A stretch of DNA of 64,000 nt from Amoebidium appalachense (GCA_963693365.1 CAVNZM010000006.1:11225355-11289354), one strand, 5' to 3'. Positions 20,671 to 39,821 are shown, counted from the stretch's first letter. Numbers and translations are program-made. The notes: generated by a model not told the origin, from the sequence alone.

Positions 20671-21512
20671 GTCGAACTCGATGGTGATTGATCATTGGCC
20701 AGGCCAGTGAGTGCACAGTAACGTGCAGCAAAGATCGTTGCTGATTGGTTGTCTGCTGTGGGTGCTGGTGGCCTGGCCCTGATTGGCTAGTTGCTGCAGG
20801 CCAATAGAGAAAGGGGGTTGCCGAAAGGGGGGAGGGGGGAGTGGGTGGGTTGGGGGGGGGGGGGGGAGGGGGGGAGGGGGGGGAGGAAAGAGATGGAGGG
20901 AGGGGGAGAATTGTGGTTTTGATTGAGGTGGGCAAGGGGAGGCGAGGGGTGGACCTTTCAGAAGGCCTTTGACGCACATGGGTGGTGATGGGGGGGGAGG
21001 GAGGGCCAAAGGGGGGGGGCAGGGGGCTGAGTCGGAAAGGGATCCATGTGACACCAACTGACATGATGTCACAGGGCCATGCTGCAGGTCCACGTGCGAA
21101 TGCTCCAGAGCGGCATGACCAGCAACCAATCACAGCCGGTCTTCTCCTCCGAGCCAGCCAATCACACGCAGGAAGCATTCACGTTTGCGGGAGACGCCCT
21201 CAGTCAGGCCGAGTGCAAGAGTGCATGCAGCCCCGTTGAGGGGGGGCACAGCACCCACTGCTATGGGGTGCCCGACACACACCACTACTCGCGCACGTGC
21301 ACATGTGCCCTGAACCCACCCGATCAGAATCCGACCCAGGAAGCAGCACTGATGCTGCAGGCACGGGCCTGTACTTGGAGATGCCGGGGATAGGGGCAGA
21401 CACAGACAGCAAGGGGGATGGCGCAGGCAGTGAAATGGTGGGTAGCCGCACAGATGCCCAGGGCATGCCAAAGCTCATCCATCCACACAGCCGAATGTAC
21501 GGATGAAACTCA

Positions 21513-21607
<95 letters not shown>

Positions 21608-22120
21608 TCTCCCCGGCCCCCCCGCCGCACTTCTTCTCAGCCATCTTCCCTTCCCACAAGCCACGTGACACCCATGTGTGCCTACCAGCACAAACGCATT
21701 TACACACGTACACGACACACAGTGGCAGCAAACGCATTTACACACGTACACGACACACAGTGGCAGCAAACGCATTTACACACGTACACGACACACAGTG
21801 GCAGCAAACGCATTTACACACGTACACGACACACAGTGGCAGCACCCCTGCTTGTCGCACTCAACTTCACATGCAACAATGTGCACACAAGCTCGCTGCA
21901 CACTTACACATACATACACAGAAACCTATGATTTGTATGCACCCGTTTCCCCATATATATATATCCTTATGCCTGCACCCACGTAGTCAAGGACATTCCC
22001 CCCCCCCCCCCCCCCTCGCCCCTCGCGCTCCTACCCAGGTACCATGAGGAGCACACGGGCACACAGACAGCCAGATTGTTCCGGCCTCGGTGTGGTTCTC
22101 TTTCCAATGTTGCCCCTTAG
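15640..22120 (+). CDS. Hypothetical multi-exon protein; 3' exons are better supported, 5' end unresolved
   Basis: Phase-consistent chain 20127-20205 ([27 protein letters not shown]), 21075-21220, 21328-21496, 22039-22120 (TAG). It can be extended through 19065-19095, 17656-17749, 17412-17481, 16155-16219 and 15640-15720, but this extension is not unique. Weak PAS-like pattern (HVVTKRGGLL...ILDG...KPPDRAML) judged by eye only. Confidence 0.38.
16267..16355. repeat. About 29-bp tandem repeat, 3 copies
   Basis: TGTTGTGATTTATGCCCAA(G)CGGCACTACT repeated three times. Confidence 0.9.
18013..19017. repeat. 1-kb compound minisatellite: about 24-bp variants grading into a 33-bp unit
   Basis: TGCACGTGCACACTATGCTTTATG-type units run to about 18740, then GCATGCACGTGCATCACGGTGCATGTGCTCAAA occurs about 8 times (18741-19017). 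Confidence 0.95.
21691..21843. repeat. 38-bp tandem repeat, 4 copies, intronic
   Basis: CAAACGCATTTACACACGTACACGACACACAGTGGCAG at 21691, 21729, 21767 and 21805. Confidence 0.95.
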
Positions 22121-22893
22121 GTGAGTCGATGAGGACAAGGGGACCTACAAACAGGTCTCTTCCTAACCCTGGTACATGCAGGATTCGACAACGGGGGACA
22201 TACCCGGAGCACGTGACCAGGCAGGCTTGTGACTGGTCCACACAGTCTCGCAATCGCCACAAATAACTAAATTCTGCTTGACCTTTCCATCCTCAGCCAT
22301 AATATTGCAAGGTTCAAGGGTGATGGCAAAACAGCTTTACTGCATTTGTTTTCATTTCGTGGCCTGGTGCCACCACCTCATGCAACATGTTGCGTAGATT
22401 GCGCATACATGCGCACATTTGGTGGTTGTGCTGGGTGCTTCATGTCTGGTGACATTGCCCAGTGAAGCCACAGACTAACAGCTGCACTGTAGCCTACAAG
22501 GTGGGGTGGATTTTGACAGATTTTAAACTTTCCGAACTAAGATTTTGGCTTATCAAGATACTACTTTGAAATTCGAAAAAATCAAGATTCTAGCTGGCTG
22601 GCCTCAGAGCCGTTTTGAAATAAAGAGGATCGTTTTGTTGTGGGCTGGAGAGGCATGGTATCTAAATTTATCTGGCTATAGGCAAAACTCGCGTAACTTC
22701 CCACCCCTATACACCGTAGCAATGTAGCTTCATGCGTTCAGCCAAATGCCCGGGCACGTTAACTCATTACTAGCACTTTCATCTGGCATCAAGAATCTAT
22801 CCAGAAGCCCGGGAATGTAAGTTATGTAATCACACAATTGGTGTCAAACCGTGTTCACTTGTGGATTTTTACATTTCTGCATATATACACACG

Positions 22894-25065
22894 TCACTGT
22901 ATAAAGCATGCTGCACAGCAGGCCTCTAGCTCTTTTTTTTGGCCTGGCCGCCTAATAATGAGGCGCAGCACGTTTTGCGCAAACAAGCCCTGGTAGTTGC
23001 CTGGGGGGCTGTAGTTGCACACCACGTAGAAGGCCCCGTTATTGGCCACGGCCACCCCAACTCCCAGCTGCAGCGTGCTCTTCCACACCACCTGCGTGAA
23101 GTGTCCTGCAGGGGTGAAGGGGTGTTGTGGTCACTGGCTGTGTGTGCATGACGACCGGTGTGCAATTGTAACTCTATGTCCGGGCAGCAGCCTAACAAAC
23201 AATAAAATGAGATTGTATATAAAACAAGGAATATAACAGCAATCACATATGGCTCCATCCTGCCTGGGGGTATAGGGAGAGACAAGTGGAAGACGGTAGC
23301 CTCGGTGAGGTGAAACGGGATAAAAGGCAAGCCAAAACAAACAAACAAACAAACAAAAAAAAAAAAAGACATAGCAGTTCCTAGTGCAATCTAGGCTTAA
23401 TGTCATTGACCCTTTGGAACTGTTATGCTGTCAAAATGCTAACTAGTAATTTCTACTAGTTGAATCCCCATCAATCGATATTCCTTCTTTTTTTAGTTTT
23501 ATAAAAGCTATATATATCATGCTGGTGTGGTTAGTTTGCACACACCTGTAGATGTGGAGAACTTCGGGTGCTCATAGCTGTAGTTCTTGGTCTCGTTGTA
23601 CCAGGCATCCACGGCAGCATAGGGGCCTGGGGCCGGTCTTTTTCTACCCCACACCATGTAGATATTCTCGCCATAGGGATTGTGGGGGCGGTGGGTGAAC
23701 TGCTGGGTGCTGGCCAGGTGATCGGCCCACTCCTGCGCCCATGCGTCAATCTGGCACAGGCACCAAGTCAGTAGGTACCCATCAAACCACTGAAGTAGTT
23801 TCAAGCAGCCACGGTGTGTGTCATTACAGTAATAAGCGTTAGCTGGATGTATCCTCCCCGGAAGCCACAAAACGAAATGCGATTCATGCGGAACTAAGTC
23901 TTCAAAGAAAAACTTTTTCGAGACCATGTGGGCCCCCGGGACTGCGCTACACTTATTGGGTCAGGAGTTGGCATCCAAATTAATGCACAGACATCCAAGC
24001 TTTTTAATACTTCTTGCTCGGCCCTGCAAACATAATCTCACTTGCACAGATACGCACCGTTGCATTCAGCTGCAGGGCCGGGGAGCCATGGCGTGCACGG
24101 TACATGTTGTGCCGTTCAAGCACGGCCGTGCGGTTGAACCCGGCCACCACACCATCGGGCACACTACTGCGCCCAGCAGACATCAGCCGACGACCTCTGA
24201 TTCTCTTGCTCTTCCCAACAAAGGCTGAAGCTGGGGTCGTATTATCGGCACCTCTCAGCTCACGGGGGGGAGGGTTCGTGAGCACTTTGAGTGGAGTGCG
24301 GATGCTGTAGTCCCAACTTGCCCCCTGCAAGCTGGAGGAATCATACATATCTGCCTTCACATCATTGCTGGTGTCTGGGTGGTCTTCTCCGGGTACCGGT
24401 CTGTGGGGGTTTCCTGGTTTACGAGAGTTGCTGGTCAGTGAGATTAGTACCACAGTCCTATAAGATTTATCCTCGAGCTCACAGCCGTTTCTGGCCATGG
24501 ATCGATGCATATGGGGGCCGTAGCTCAAAAGTTTTCGGAGCAAATGCATTGTGATAAGAAGATTGTACAAGCAGCTAGAGATTTAACGGCCCAGGCGTTT
24601 GCCTACTTATATTCTCTGTACAGCATTTTGAATGAAGCCCCAGTTGCGACTACATAGGTCGCAGGCTGAGTCGAGTTTGAAATCCCCGGGGCTCAACAAT
24701 CATTATCAAAGGCACCGTTGACATTTGAGGGTGCTCAAACCGGCCACCACAAATAATGATAGTTCCACATAGAACAAGCCTGGACATGGGTGGAATTTCA
24801 ACACAATCAAAGCTAGCACAATAACGATTCGGGGGCAGAAAACAGACCCAACCTTTGGAACGTACACGTTGAAAGAGCTACCTTGATCATGATCATTAGT
24901 GCACTAAATAGGCATGCGCGTGATGCTGTAATACACAGAAAGTGGTACGGTACATATCCCAATTGGCGACTCGGTGGGACTGATGCTGGGCTCACCTTTA
25001 CAGCTCTGCACGTTCAGAAACAGCACCCCTGTTAGGCACACGGCTATACGAGCCAGAGACAGCAT
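22894..25065 (-). CDS. CAP/SCP (PR-1/GAPR-1-like) domain protein, about 280 aa, 4 exons
   Basis: Exons 25065-24996 (MLSLARIAVCLTGVLFLNVQSCK|gtgag, signal-peptide-like), 24413-24058, 23750-23546, 23105-22894. CAP motifs LERHNMYRARHGSPAL, AQEWADHLA, YGENIY, AVDAWYNE, TGHFTQVVWKST, YVVCNYSPPGN. Confidence 0.9.
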
Positions 25066-28000
25066 TTTTGGGTTCTGTTTCTAGCGTGGGGTGAGAGAAC
25101 AGAGTGGGTCTGACTAGCCTGCACAAGTGACCACCTTGTAATGTTGAGTCCGAAGTTCAGGCCGCGATGTTTTGCCTGCCAAAAAAGGCAAAGGCGCAAC
25201 AATCAAAATTGTCCTGGATGCGTTCCTATCCAATCAGATATGAACATAGCGCTAGCGAATGGCCAATCAGAAAGGGGCTGTACGGGATATGGAATGAATC
25301 ATGTGCGCCACGTGGCACTATTGTAAGCCATGCGTGTGCTGCCTGTATGGTGGTGCACGCGAGGTACTGCTTGACGTGGTTATATGTGGTTGCGCTTCAT
25401 ACCGGCCTTCCCCCCCTGTCCACCTGTTTGTTGATTTGTTGATTGTATGAGCGTACGTACGTACTCCTACCGGGACGGGTGGGTGGTAGTTGGTGCCGTG
25501 GTTGCAATTGGGGGGGGTTCACGGGGGAGAATGTTTGGGTTGGGGGGAGGGAGGGAGGGGAGGGGGGGTTGCCGGGGGGCGGGGGTGGGAGGGGAGGTGG
25601 GGAGAGGGGAGCTGCAGCTGTGGTACGTACAATCAGCTCGGCGGTGATACTGGAAACATTTAAAGCGCGTTATGCTGATAAGGATCTCCAAGCCAACCCC
25701 CATCATCCCCCCCCCCCCCCCCCCCCCCCCCCCCGAGTCCCCATCCGCCATAGGCCTCTCCACCCACCCACCAGCCTGCGCCAAACACCGCCTCCATGGC
25801 CCACTGCCCATATGCATGGTGTACATCTTTCTCCCTCAGCACACACACTTGTGGGTGTGCACATGCAGTCGTACATGGTGCCCTTCTCCTTCCTTCCCTT
25901 TATTTCTATTTTGTATCTGGCTGATCGGCCCATGTAGGCCCTTCCATCAGCCTGTGTTTGTAACTTCAGGTGTACTTTTGAGAAACAAAGAAACTGTGCA
26001 CCGACGTCCGAGTTTGCAGCTTTCTTAAGGCACACAAACTTCAACTGGGCACTGCTATTGCCCAAACTTTCTGCAGTGATCACTACATTCCGTCTAGGCC
26101 ACCTTCCTCCGTGGTCGTGCTCTTGAGTGAGAGAACCTTTCCATCACTACCAGGACACGGTCAGGTTTAATAAACACAAGATTCACCCCAACCACCGTCG
26201 GAGTCATATTACCCTCTGTTTCTTGCTTTGATGCTGTTTTCCCAATGAGCATCTTGCACACAGCTCGTGATATGAGGAGACTACTGGGATACAGTGGATC
26301 ATGGCCCTTCGTTGCGATCAAAAAGTTGGTTAATATGAGGAGGAAGAGCAAAGGCAGGGGCTATGCAGGGCGCCGGCCAACACCCGGCCACCACTGTTAC
26401 TCTTTCAGAGAGCGAAGACGAAGCCGTTCCGGCAGGTGGCTGGGTGCACGTCGGCACTTGCACACTGCAGCCAGCACACGTTTGGCAGAACATGGCCGGA
26501 TGTAATTATGCTTCAGGAAGTATGCTTCAAGTATTGCTCACAGCGCACGGTCATGCTTTTGCACCTTTATTATGGAGGGAATTTATGTTCTACCACGATG
26601 TTCTTTCTACCACGACATGTACATGCACATGCCGGGCTGAAGGGGGGGCCATGATGCGCGGCTCAGGCTGCTCATAGCCCTATGTTGACGTATGATTTCG
26701 ATAAACCAACTCTGGCTGATTCTTGGTCGGCTATTTTTCCATGGCTTTCCTTTCCTTGCACATGTTTTGAAAAACAAGAGCCACACCCTACCACCTACTG
26801 AGGCGGTGTCTCCTTTTTTTTTTTTTTTTTTTTTTTTTTTTCGCCTAAGTAGATGTAAAAACGTCGCACGTGCGGCAACACGTCAGTACGTGTTAGAGCC
26901 ACACCGTGCGTGTCACCTTTTGTCACCAAACAATTAAGTCCGAACTTGAGGCGGACCAACAGCTGCTACGAGTGACACAGTTTCAGTGAATCGGACATTG
27001 TGAAAAAGACTCAGTTGATTGGCTGAAGGGTTTGTTTGGCGCTCTCCGATTGGCTTTTGGAACATTCCTGTTTTCTCATACCATTAGCACCGTGCCACCG
27101 TTATATGGTTCTCAAAAAATGTCAATATCTAGTCTACAGGGGAAGGACTTGGCTGGGAGGCTCTTTGTATAATTGTAGTAACAGTGTATTAATTCTACAA
27201 AGTGAAGGATAAATACAAAGCACAGTTTACCTTTTGATGCGCCAAATGCAAATTCCTGCCTGGCAACCAGAGAACGTTCCACATGCCACACGACCACTTT
27301 CATTGCCGTCACCCTATACCAACTTCAAGCCGACAATCTTCAGCATTGTCCAATCCAGAAAACCTACATTCGCGGGCCGTTATGGCCGTATGCCGGGTAA
27401 GATTTCCTGGCATCAAAGTAGAATTTAAAAAATAAAATAGGTATTTATGTACTGCATGGAATGGAAGGTTTGAGGTTTAAAAGCTGGGACGCAGGATTAT
27501 GTCAGCATAAGATTTAGGTCACCGTCATACTCTAAGTATTTCATTTTCATAGAGAGCAAATTTAGGTTATTCTTCAGTGTCCCATGTTTTTTTATATAAT
27601 GACTTTATTGAATTATAAGCATATCTCGGTGTCGAAAATTAGCCTGAAATCCCGGTTTCAAATTTAGTATGCTCATATCTCAGTTCAAAAATATTTGCAT
27701 GCTATCCCGGCTTATCATGTAACCCGTTGGGTGGAGTGCCTGTTGGCCTTGGTGCCGGCAACTTATCACGACCTCAAGCACGTATGTCGATAATAAACAG
27801 CACAGTTACCCCCCCACTTTATTGATATGCTCATCAAATGTTCTCCATAAGCCCCATTTCGTGCATCAAATCATTCTGCTTTTTCACTGATTTCCGAATT
27901 TTGAGGTTCAAATATCCCAAGCTTTGATCAAGAAAGAACGTGTAGGCTCAGAGCATACAATAGAGATCCAGGGGGTTCAGTTTCAGACTTGTAGCTGGAC

Positions 28001-28066
28001 GCCGTTTTGCCAGTACCCTAGCAACATCACATAGAGACATACATAGAGGATACTTGCCTTCTGCTC

Positions 28067-28918
28067 ATGTTCAGGCAGCAAAACGCTCTTTTCGGCACCC
28101 ATAACCAGCATTCTAGCACCCACAACCAGCATATGAAAGCACACGTGCTGGCATGTGCGAGCATGAATAAGGCACGCGCAGCCGAGCGTGCGCGGTTGCG
28201 CCAAGCGCAGTCGTGCGGATTGGCTGACCAGCCTGGGGGGGAGGAGGCCGAGGGGTCTAGTGCTGGTGGGCGGCTGAGCAAAAAGGAGCTGGCGGCCATA
28301 CGCAGAGTGCTGCGCCGTGCCGACACAGATAGGAGTCAGGACACGGACGACGAAGACTGCCTGGTGGACCTCACCGTGCCCACCATTGTGCGGCCACTGG
28401 ACCGGCCAGACACGCACACGTGCACCCGTGCACCCTCACTGCCTCAAGACCTCGTGCAGCACAGTCGCACACTGACTGCTTTGCAGGCACCATCCCACGA
28501 GACAGCCGCCCCCTGCAAACCCTCAGGGTCTGGCGAGCTGCGGTCGCTTTTGCAGTTGCGCAAGTGCCAGACCGAGGGCAGCCACACGGGGCGGGGCAGG
28601 CCGGATCACAGCGACCTGGCCGTCCAGCTGGCCACTCTCACTATGGGCAGCCCCACCTGCCGCAGGGCCACCTACCCGCTGCGCAGCCTCACAAAGAACC
28701 GCCCGTCGCCCAGTGTTCGGCGACCACCCACCCACCTGTTTGGCCGCACTCTTTCACGCACAGGCAGTGTGGTCTCCACTACATCGGCAGGGTCGACAGG
28801 ATCAGAGTCGGGTGGGGAGGCAGGGCACCACTGGGTGCGCAAGAATGCATTCAGGAGGAAGGCCGTGGAGAGGAAACTGGCCCCGGGCATGAACAGTCTG
28901 TGGGCCATACCCGCTTAG
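28067..28918 (+). CDS. Intronless hypothetical protein, up to 283 aa, largely low-complexity or disordered
   Basis: Long repeat-free ORF with GC3-rich codons like the confirmed exons; DTDDEDCLVDLT (SIM-like), RRAT motif, basic C-terminus. The start could be any of the first three ATGs. Confidence 0.6.
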   Translation: MFRQQNALFGTHNQHSSTHNQHMKAHVLACASMNKARAAERARLRQAQSCGLADQPGGEEAEGSSAGGRLSKKELAAIRRVLRRADTDRSQDTDDEDCLVDLTVPTIVRPLDRPDTHTCTRAPSLPQDLVQHSRTLTALQAPSHETAAPCKPSGSGELRSLLQLRKCQTEGSHTGRGRPDHSDLAVQLATLTMGSPTCRRATYPLRSLTKNRPSPSVRRPPTHLFGRTLSRTGSVVSTTSAGSTGSESGGEAGHHWVRKNAFRRKAVERKLAPGMNSLWAIPA

Positions 28919-31211
28919 CTGGGTTGGCCCACTGTGCACGTGACCGTGTGCCAGTGCCCAGCTGCTTGTTGAATGAATGACTTGTGTGTAACTGAGCAAT
29001 TAATTGACTCTATATATATATATATGCTAGTACTGAGATGACTCCTTGTGTAACTGTTGCTGCTGTGACTCTATGTGAAGCTAAAACTGCCAACTGAACG
29101 AAGGTGTGGCGCCCTGCAGCCTGGGGCTGTAGGGTAGTGTGGTGGCCTGTGCCGTGTAGCGTACTGGCTTGAAAAATATACCCTAGCGAAATAGATATGA
29201 GCACGGTGTCCCCAGAGAAGTGTTTTTCCTCCTAATGCCTGTCCTCACCCGGTGTTTCTCCCGCCAATTCATTTCTTGCTTGCACTTCCCCCTTATACCT
29301 CATGTTCTCCTATGGCGCTGTCAATCCTGAGTGCGACCTTTCCACCGTTATCTTCTTCTTCCTGCCCCTTCTTTCGCAGTCCGACAGGCCTTTGGTGCTC
29401 TGTTCGTTATCGGCCTGAGGGACCATCAGGTGCCGGCTTTTTGTTCGACCCCCTCTCCCCCCCCCCCCCCCCCCCCTCCCTTCCCCGCGCACCCACCCCA
29501 CCTATGGTCTCCCCTCACCACCTCTTCACACATATTAAGATCTGACTACATGTGTTGACCGTGCTGCAACCCTAAACCTATGCCGGCTTGCAATTGGTGC
29601 TGGGCCCTCAGCACTGCCACTGAGCAAACCTGCTGGTATCTGCCGGGGATGACAGTTGCGACAGTCACGGCAACAGCCCAAATGCGTACATGTGTATCAT
29701 GGCTGGCAATGTTTGTCCTGCTTTCCATTTGGCCGCTTGTTGATTGTGTGCACACGCCAAAAACTTTAGTTGTTTGTTGGTTCAGGCATCAGGTGACAAC
29801 GGTTGGAATCCTGACTCGAATGAAACAAGTGTGCATGATACTGCAGGGACACCTAAGGACACCACGAGTTTCATTAAAAAGCAACGTGTGTAGGTCAAGG
29901 CAGCATACCCATATCATGGTGCTGTTGTGGTCATCGGCACAAGCAACTTGATCGATGGATATGATGGACACTCGACACGCAGCGCTGACACCAATTGCAG
30001 ATCTGGCTGTTCCCCAAACCTACTGGCCAGAGGTGTTGGTTTGAAAATCTACACGCGGAGTGCACAGCTGACTGCACGGCCCGCTACGGACTGCCTGCCG
30101 GAAGCACAAGGATGCATGCAGCTAACGCGTGCAGCATTCCACGGGTGCGCACGGGAGTTCGAGTAGAGTTAGCATCACGTTTTGCACACAGTTCACGCAC
30201 TGTACGCATAAGTCACGCTGATGGTGGTGGTTGGGGGGAGGGGGGGGGGGGGGAGAGGAGGAAGGTGGGGGAAGGGGGGGAGGGGGGGGGGGGGGAGGGG
30301 AGGGGGGGGGGGGGGGGGGGGGGGGAAGGACGGTGGTGCTTGGCAGCTGCAGCCTGTCAGCTGCCTTTTCGGAACTTGGAAGGTCGCGGAATAGCCATAT
30401 ATGGTATGGGAAGACTCCTAAAGCGGGCAGTGGCTCATGGGTCAGCCAATCACTTGCCCCCCTCGCCCGTTGCATCAGTTTCCCAGCCAGACTCGGTCCT
30501 TGAAGGGAGAGCCTCGAACGTCGACAGTCCGAAAGACCACCACACTATGTACGCGTTATTGGTGCCACACACCAAGAACACTCACAAGCCGACACGAGAA
30601 AACCCTGAATGTGAACATAGCAATGTGCGAGGTTCAAGCTGCAAACACAACAAACAGGTGGCTGCAACGCATAGAGAAGCAAATCTTGTCGAGGACAGTG
30701 GGGCATACGCACTGTGGTGAGAAAGGACGTACAGCCAACCGGTCAACGAGTAGATCTAGACCAACTGTGAAGAAAGTAACGGGGCAAGTGTGTGCGGTAT
30801 GCACATACGCACCATAGTCGCCACAGTACTACTTGCAGGTGTCTGCCCTTTGCCTTTATCACTTCTAATACACCTTGTTATCAATGCAGTTCATTCAGAC
30901 TACCCATCCCTTTTTTCATCTGTGACACCTCGTTCCTCTCTCTCTATCTGGTTGAGTGTGTATTGTTCCCCACCCCTACACCGTCTCCCACCTCTTAACC
31001 ACACCCGCGTCTTGTTTCACGCGTTCATCTACGCATGCCAACTCATCTATGTTTTGCACTCCCCTTGCTATTGCGGCAGAGGGGAGCAAAACCACGTTTA
31101 CTCGGAGTGTCCAAGCCTGGGTGGGTGCTTTTCTGACTGACAGAGGCCTTCTCTCTGGGTGCAGGGCTGTGTGTTTTGTGCTGGGCAGAGCTGACAGAGC
31201 AAAGTCTGGCC

Positions 31212-36410
<5,199 letters not shown>

Positions 36411-37297
36411 CCAAGTGTACCTGAAGGGCAGGGGGGAGTAGGTCGGCACGGAGATTTGGATGGCCTGTCTGCCTTTTGTGTTCTTTTTCTTTTTGTTTTT
36501 CGAGGTTGGGTGGGGAGGGGGAGAGGGGGGGGGAGGGGGGGGGGGGAGGGGGGGCTGGGTTCTGTGCTTAGAGAGGTGAGGGGGATGGGGGTGGTGCTTG
36601 TTTGTTGGCAAAGTGATTTAGAAACTCATTTGGGCAAAAAACGATATGAAGATTATGGGCATGTACAGATAACCTTACAGGGGTTTTTATTTTGTGTGTG
36701 TGCGAGGTGGTGGTGTTTGGGGGGGGGGGGGGGGGGGATGAGGGGGAGGGGGCGGCATTGTTGACAAACTTCTCCACTGTCACATGTACATACTTAGAAC
36801 TGGGCAGCCAATGGTTGTGGGGGACGTCTGGCACGGCAAATAGGGTGGTGTGATGTTGTTGATAGGATATCACAGTGTAAATATATCATACTAGACAACA
36901 GATTGTATAGAGGTCCTTTGGGCTGGGCAGATAGGGAATGTTGTGGTGTTGATAGGTTATTGCACTCGGCAATTTGTATTTGATATGTGGTGTGCTGGGA
37001 CTCTTGGGTTGGGCAGATAGGACAGATATTGTCCTGCAAGGTGTATGATACCGTGGTGCGGGGTATATGTACACCCGTGCCGTGTCTGCAAATAAAGATC
37101 GAATATAATTGGTTCGCTACCACTGCACACTAGGATCAGGCCACGGGCTTCAGCACCAGCTGTATGTTGTTGCTGTCAGCTGCAGAATATCTTCCTATAT
37201 ACAAATAGAACTTTCCGGACCGCCGTCTGTAGGCCCAGATGACACCCTAGCTAAAAGCCCAGACACTACTAGGCCACCACTCCTCATCCCCTTCCCC

Positions 37298-37328
<31 letters not shown>

Positions 37329-37591
37329 AAAAAAAAAAAAAGGAACCCCCAAGGAATCACCCTCCACACAGTCCACAGCACACGGCAACCAACCAACAAA
37401 TCAGCCCACATGCGTCCCAACAGCAAATCAACCAGTATGATGCATCAGAGTTGCCTGTATGTGGGGACGGACATCAACACATATGACCACCATGGATGCC
37501 CATGTGTTCCTTCACATGCATGATGTGGCATGGTGCCAGCAGGGCATAACAATGTAGGCACATTCCGAAAACTGCAGCTCTGCCGTGGGCC

Positions 37592-38641
37592 CTAGGCGCC
37601 AGGGCTTTGATGGCTGGCCTGGCTCTGTGCCCGATCATCAGGCTGCTGGGCCGACTGCTGGTGTTGCTGCTGCCCAACCCCAAAGAACCCTCTCCAACGA
37701 AGGGGCCCGGGGAGGGAGAACTGGCCGGGGGGCATGGGCTGTGTGTGGGCCGGCAGGGTGGTGTCTGTGTGGGTGACGTAGTGGGACTGGGCCTGGCGGC
37801 TGATGTTCTGGGTGGTGCTGCGCAGGTTGTGGGCCCCAAAGCTGCGGTAGTCGTCCCTGCTCTGCACACTAAGCATCCCCCGCTGCAGCTGTGTCTTGAG
37901 CTCAGCACCCTGTGCCCTGCTACCGGTGTGGCTGCTCTGTGCCCCGGCCACAAGTGTGAGCACGTGCATTTTGCAGCCAACACACTGCCAGTACCCTTTG
38001 AAGGTGGAGGAGGGGGGTGGGGGGGGGGGGGGGGGGGGAAGGGGGGGGCCGGGGGGTGTACGCGCATGTGAGTGTGTGTGTGTATGTGTGTGTGTGGGGG
38101 GGGGGGGGGGTGTTTGAGTGTGTGTGTGTTTTTGTGCGTGCGGCGCTTGTGTATGTGTGCATGTGTATGTACCTGTGCGTGCGTGCGTGCGTGCGCGCGT
38201 GCGTGCGTAAGTGCGTGCGTGTGGGTGTGGTTGTGCATATGTATGTGTGTGTGTGTTTGCTCGGACCTACATCCAGGGTGTGCATGGCGTGTTGCAGGCG
38301 TGTCTTAGCCTGTTCCATGTTGCCCAGTGCCGCCTGCCTGTCTGCCTCAGCTAGGGCCTCAGCCACGTCCAGTCTTGTGCGCTCAGCTTCAATCTCGGCC
38401 ACAAAACAGCTAGGCCCTACCTGGTCTGCAACCACCCAATCACTTGAGCACATGATGGCCTGAACTGCTACGGCCCCAGGGGGTTGCCAGAACGGGATGA
38501 GGGTGGAGCAGGCGATTGAGCATAGAAAAATTGGCTTTAATGGGATCCCAGGCTGCTATCCTGACGGGGAGGAGGGCGGGGGGGGGGGGGGGGGGGGGAG
38601 GGGCGGGGGGAGGGGGGGGGGGGGGGGAGGGATATAACTTT

Positions 38642-38673
<32 letters not shown>

Positions 38674-39821
38674 GGGATATAACTTTCACAGTATCTTCGT
38701 ATCCGATGTTGCATCCTCAACCAAGGGGGTGGAGTGAGGGTGGAGAGGAGCACGGGGGGAGTTGGGAAAGGCGGGGGGCTTGGCTCATTTTAAAAGATTC
38801 AGGTAGGGGTAGGCAAGGAGGGGGAGGTCCGTGGGGGGGAGGGGGGGGGGGAGGAGGGAAGGGAAGAGAGGGGGGGGGGGGGAGGGGAGTAGTTGAAAAG
38901 GCGAACAGCACACGGGCACGCATGTATGTACACACCTGCAGGCACCCTTCTGATTGTGGCCATGGTCGTTGCAGTCAGCTGTGTGGCTATGGGCACGTTG
39001 AAGTAGCCGAGGTGTGCCGTGACCCTTGTGGTGCCTGGGGCCATTATTTCGGGCACGGAGAGCAGCAGCAGCACGGCCCTGCTGCGCTCACTGACCAGGT
39101 CGTCCAGCTGCAGCCTCACTCTGCGGCCCTCATCCTCCATGCTGGCCTTGCCGTGCTGCCCACACACCTGCACCACTCGGTCAGACAAGGCCCAGGTTTC
39201 GCCTTGTATATAAGCTCACAACCCTCAAGCGCCCCCTCCCCCTCTCCCCCCCCCTCCCTCCCCCCCTCAAACTCCCCGCCTGCATATCACATCCCTTCTC
39301 CCCTTCCCCATCCCCCAACAGGGCTCTTTTTGCACATTCAATACACTCTCCCGACCCAGGACAAAGAATACATGTATAGTACCATCACTAGTTCGTTATT
39401 TCCCCCCTCCTCCCCCCTCCCCCCTCCCCCTAGGCGCGGAAGCACCCCCTCACTTGCACTTCTCCCCACCTTTGCTCCGAATTAGTACGATTTCCCACCA
39501 ACTTCACACATCCCTTCGTCATACCTTCTCTCAATTCCCCTGGCGAATTTCTCTGCCATCTCCCCCCCTCCCCCTCTCCCCCTCCCCCCCCCCTCCCCCC
39601 CCCCCCCAAAAAAAAAAAAAAAATCCTTATCCCCCCACCTTCCAATGCTATCCCGTACACCGCACTTCATCCGTTGTGCTTTCTCCGAACTTCCCCTCCA
39701 TCGAAACCCTATTCCCCTCTTCAATTAGATTGATAACAAAAAGATGTCAACGCCCTCCTCTTCCCCCTCCCTCCCTCTCCCCCCCCCCCCCCCCTCCGGC
39801 CGTTCCCCCCCCGCCCACCAG

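Noticed and set aside
29786-30166. Apparent in-frame TAG read-through at about 29890 and in-frame TGA at 15028 (recoding or selenocysteine)
   Set aside because: There is no homology support or SECIS, and the confirmed genes use standard stops with no internal ones.
37592-37936. Hint/intein-like domain after the vWA-Vwaint region
   Set aside because: The gene ends in a Gln/Pro-rich tail with no Cys-initiated Hint motif.
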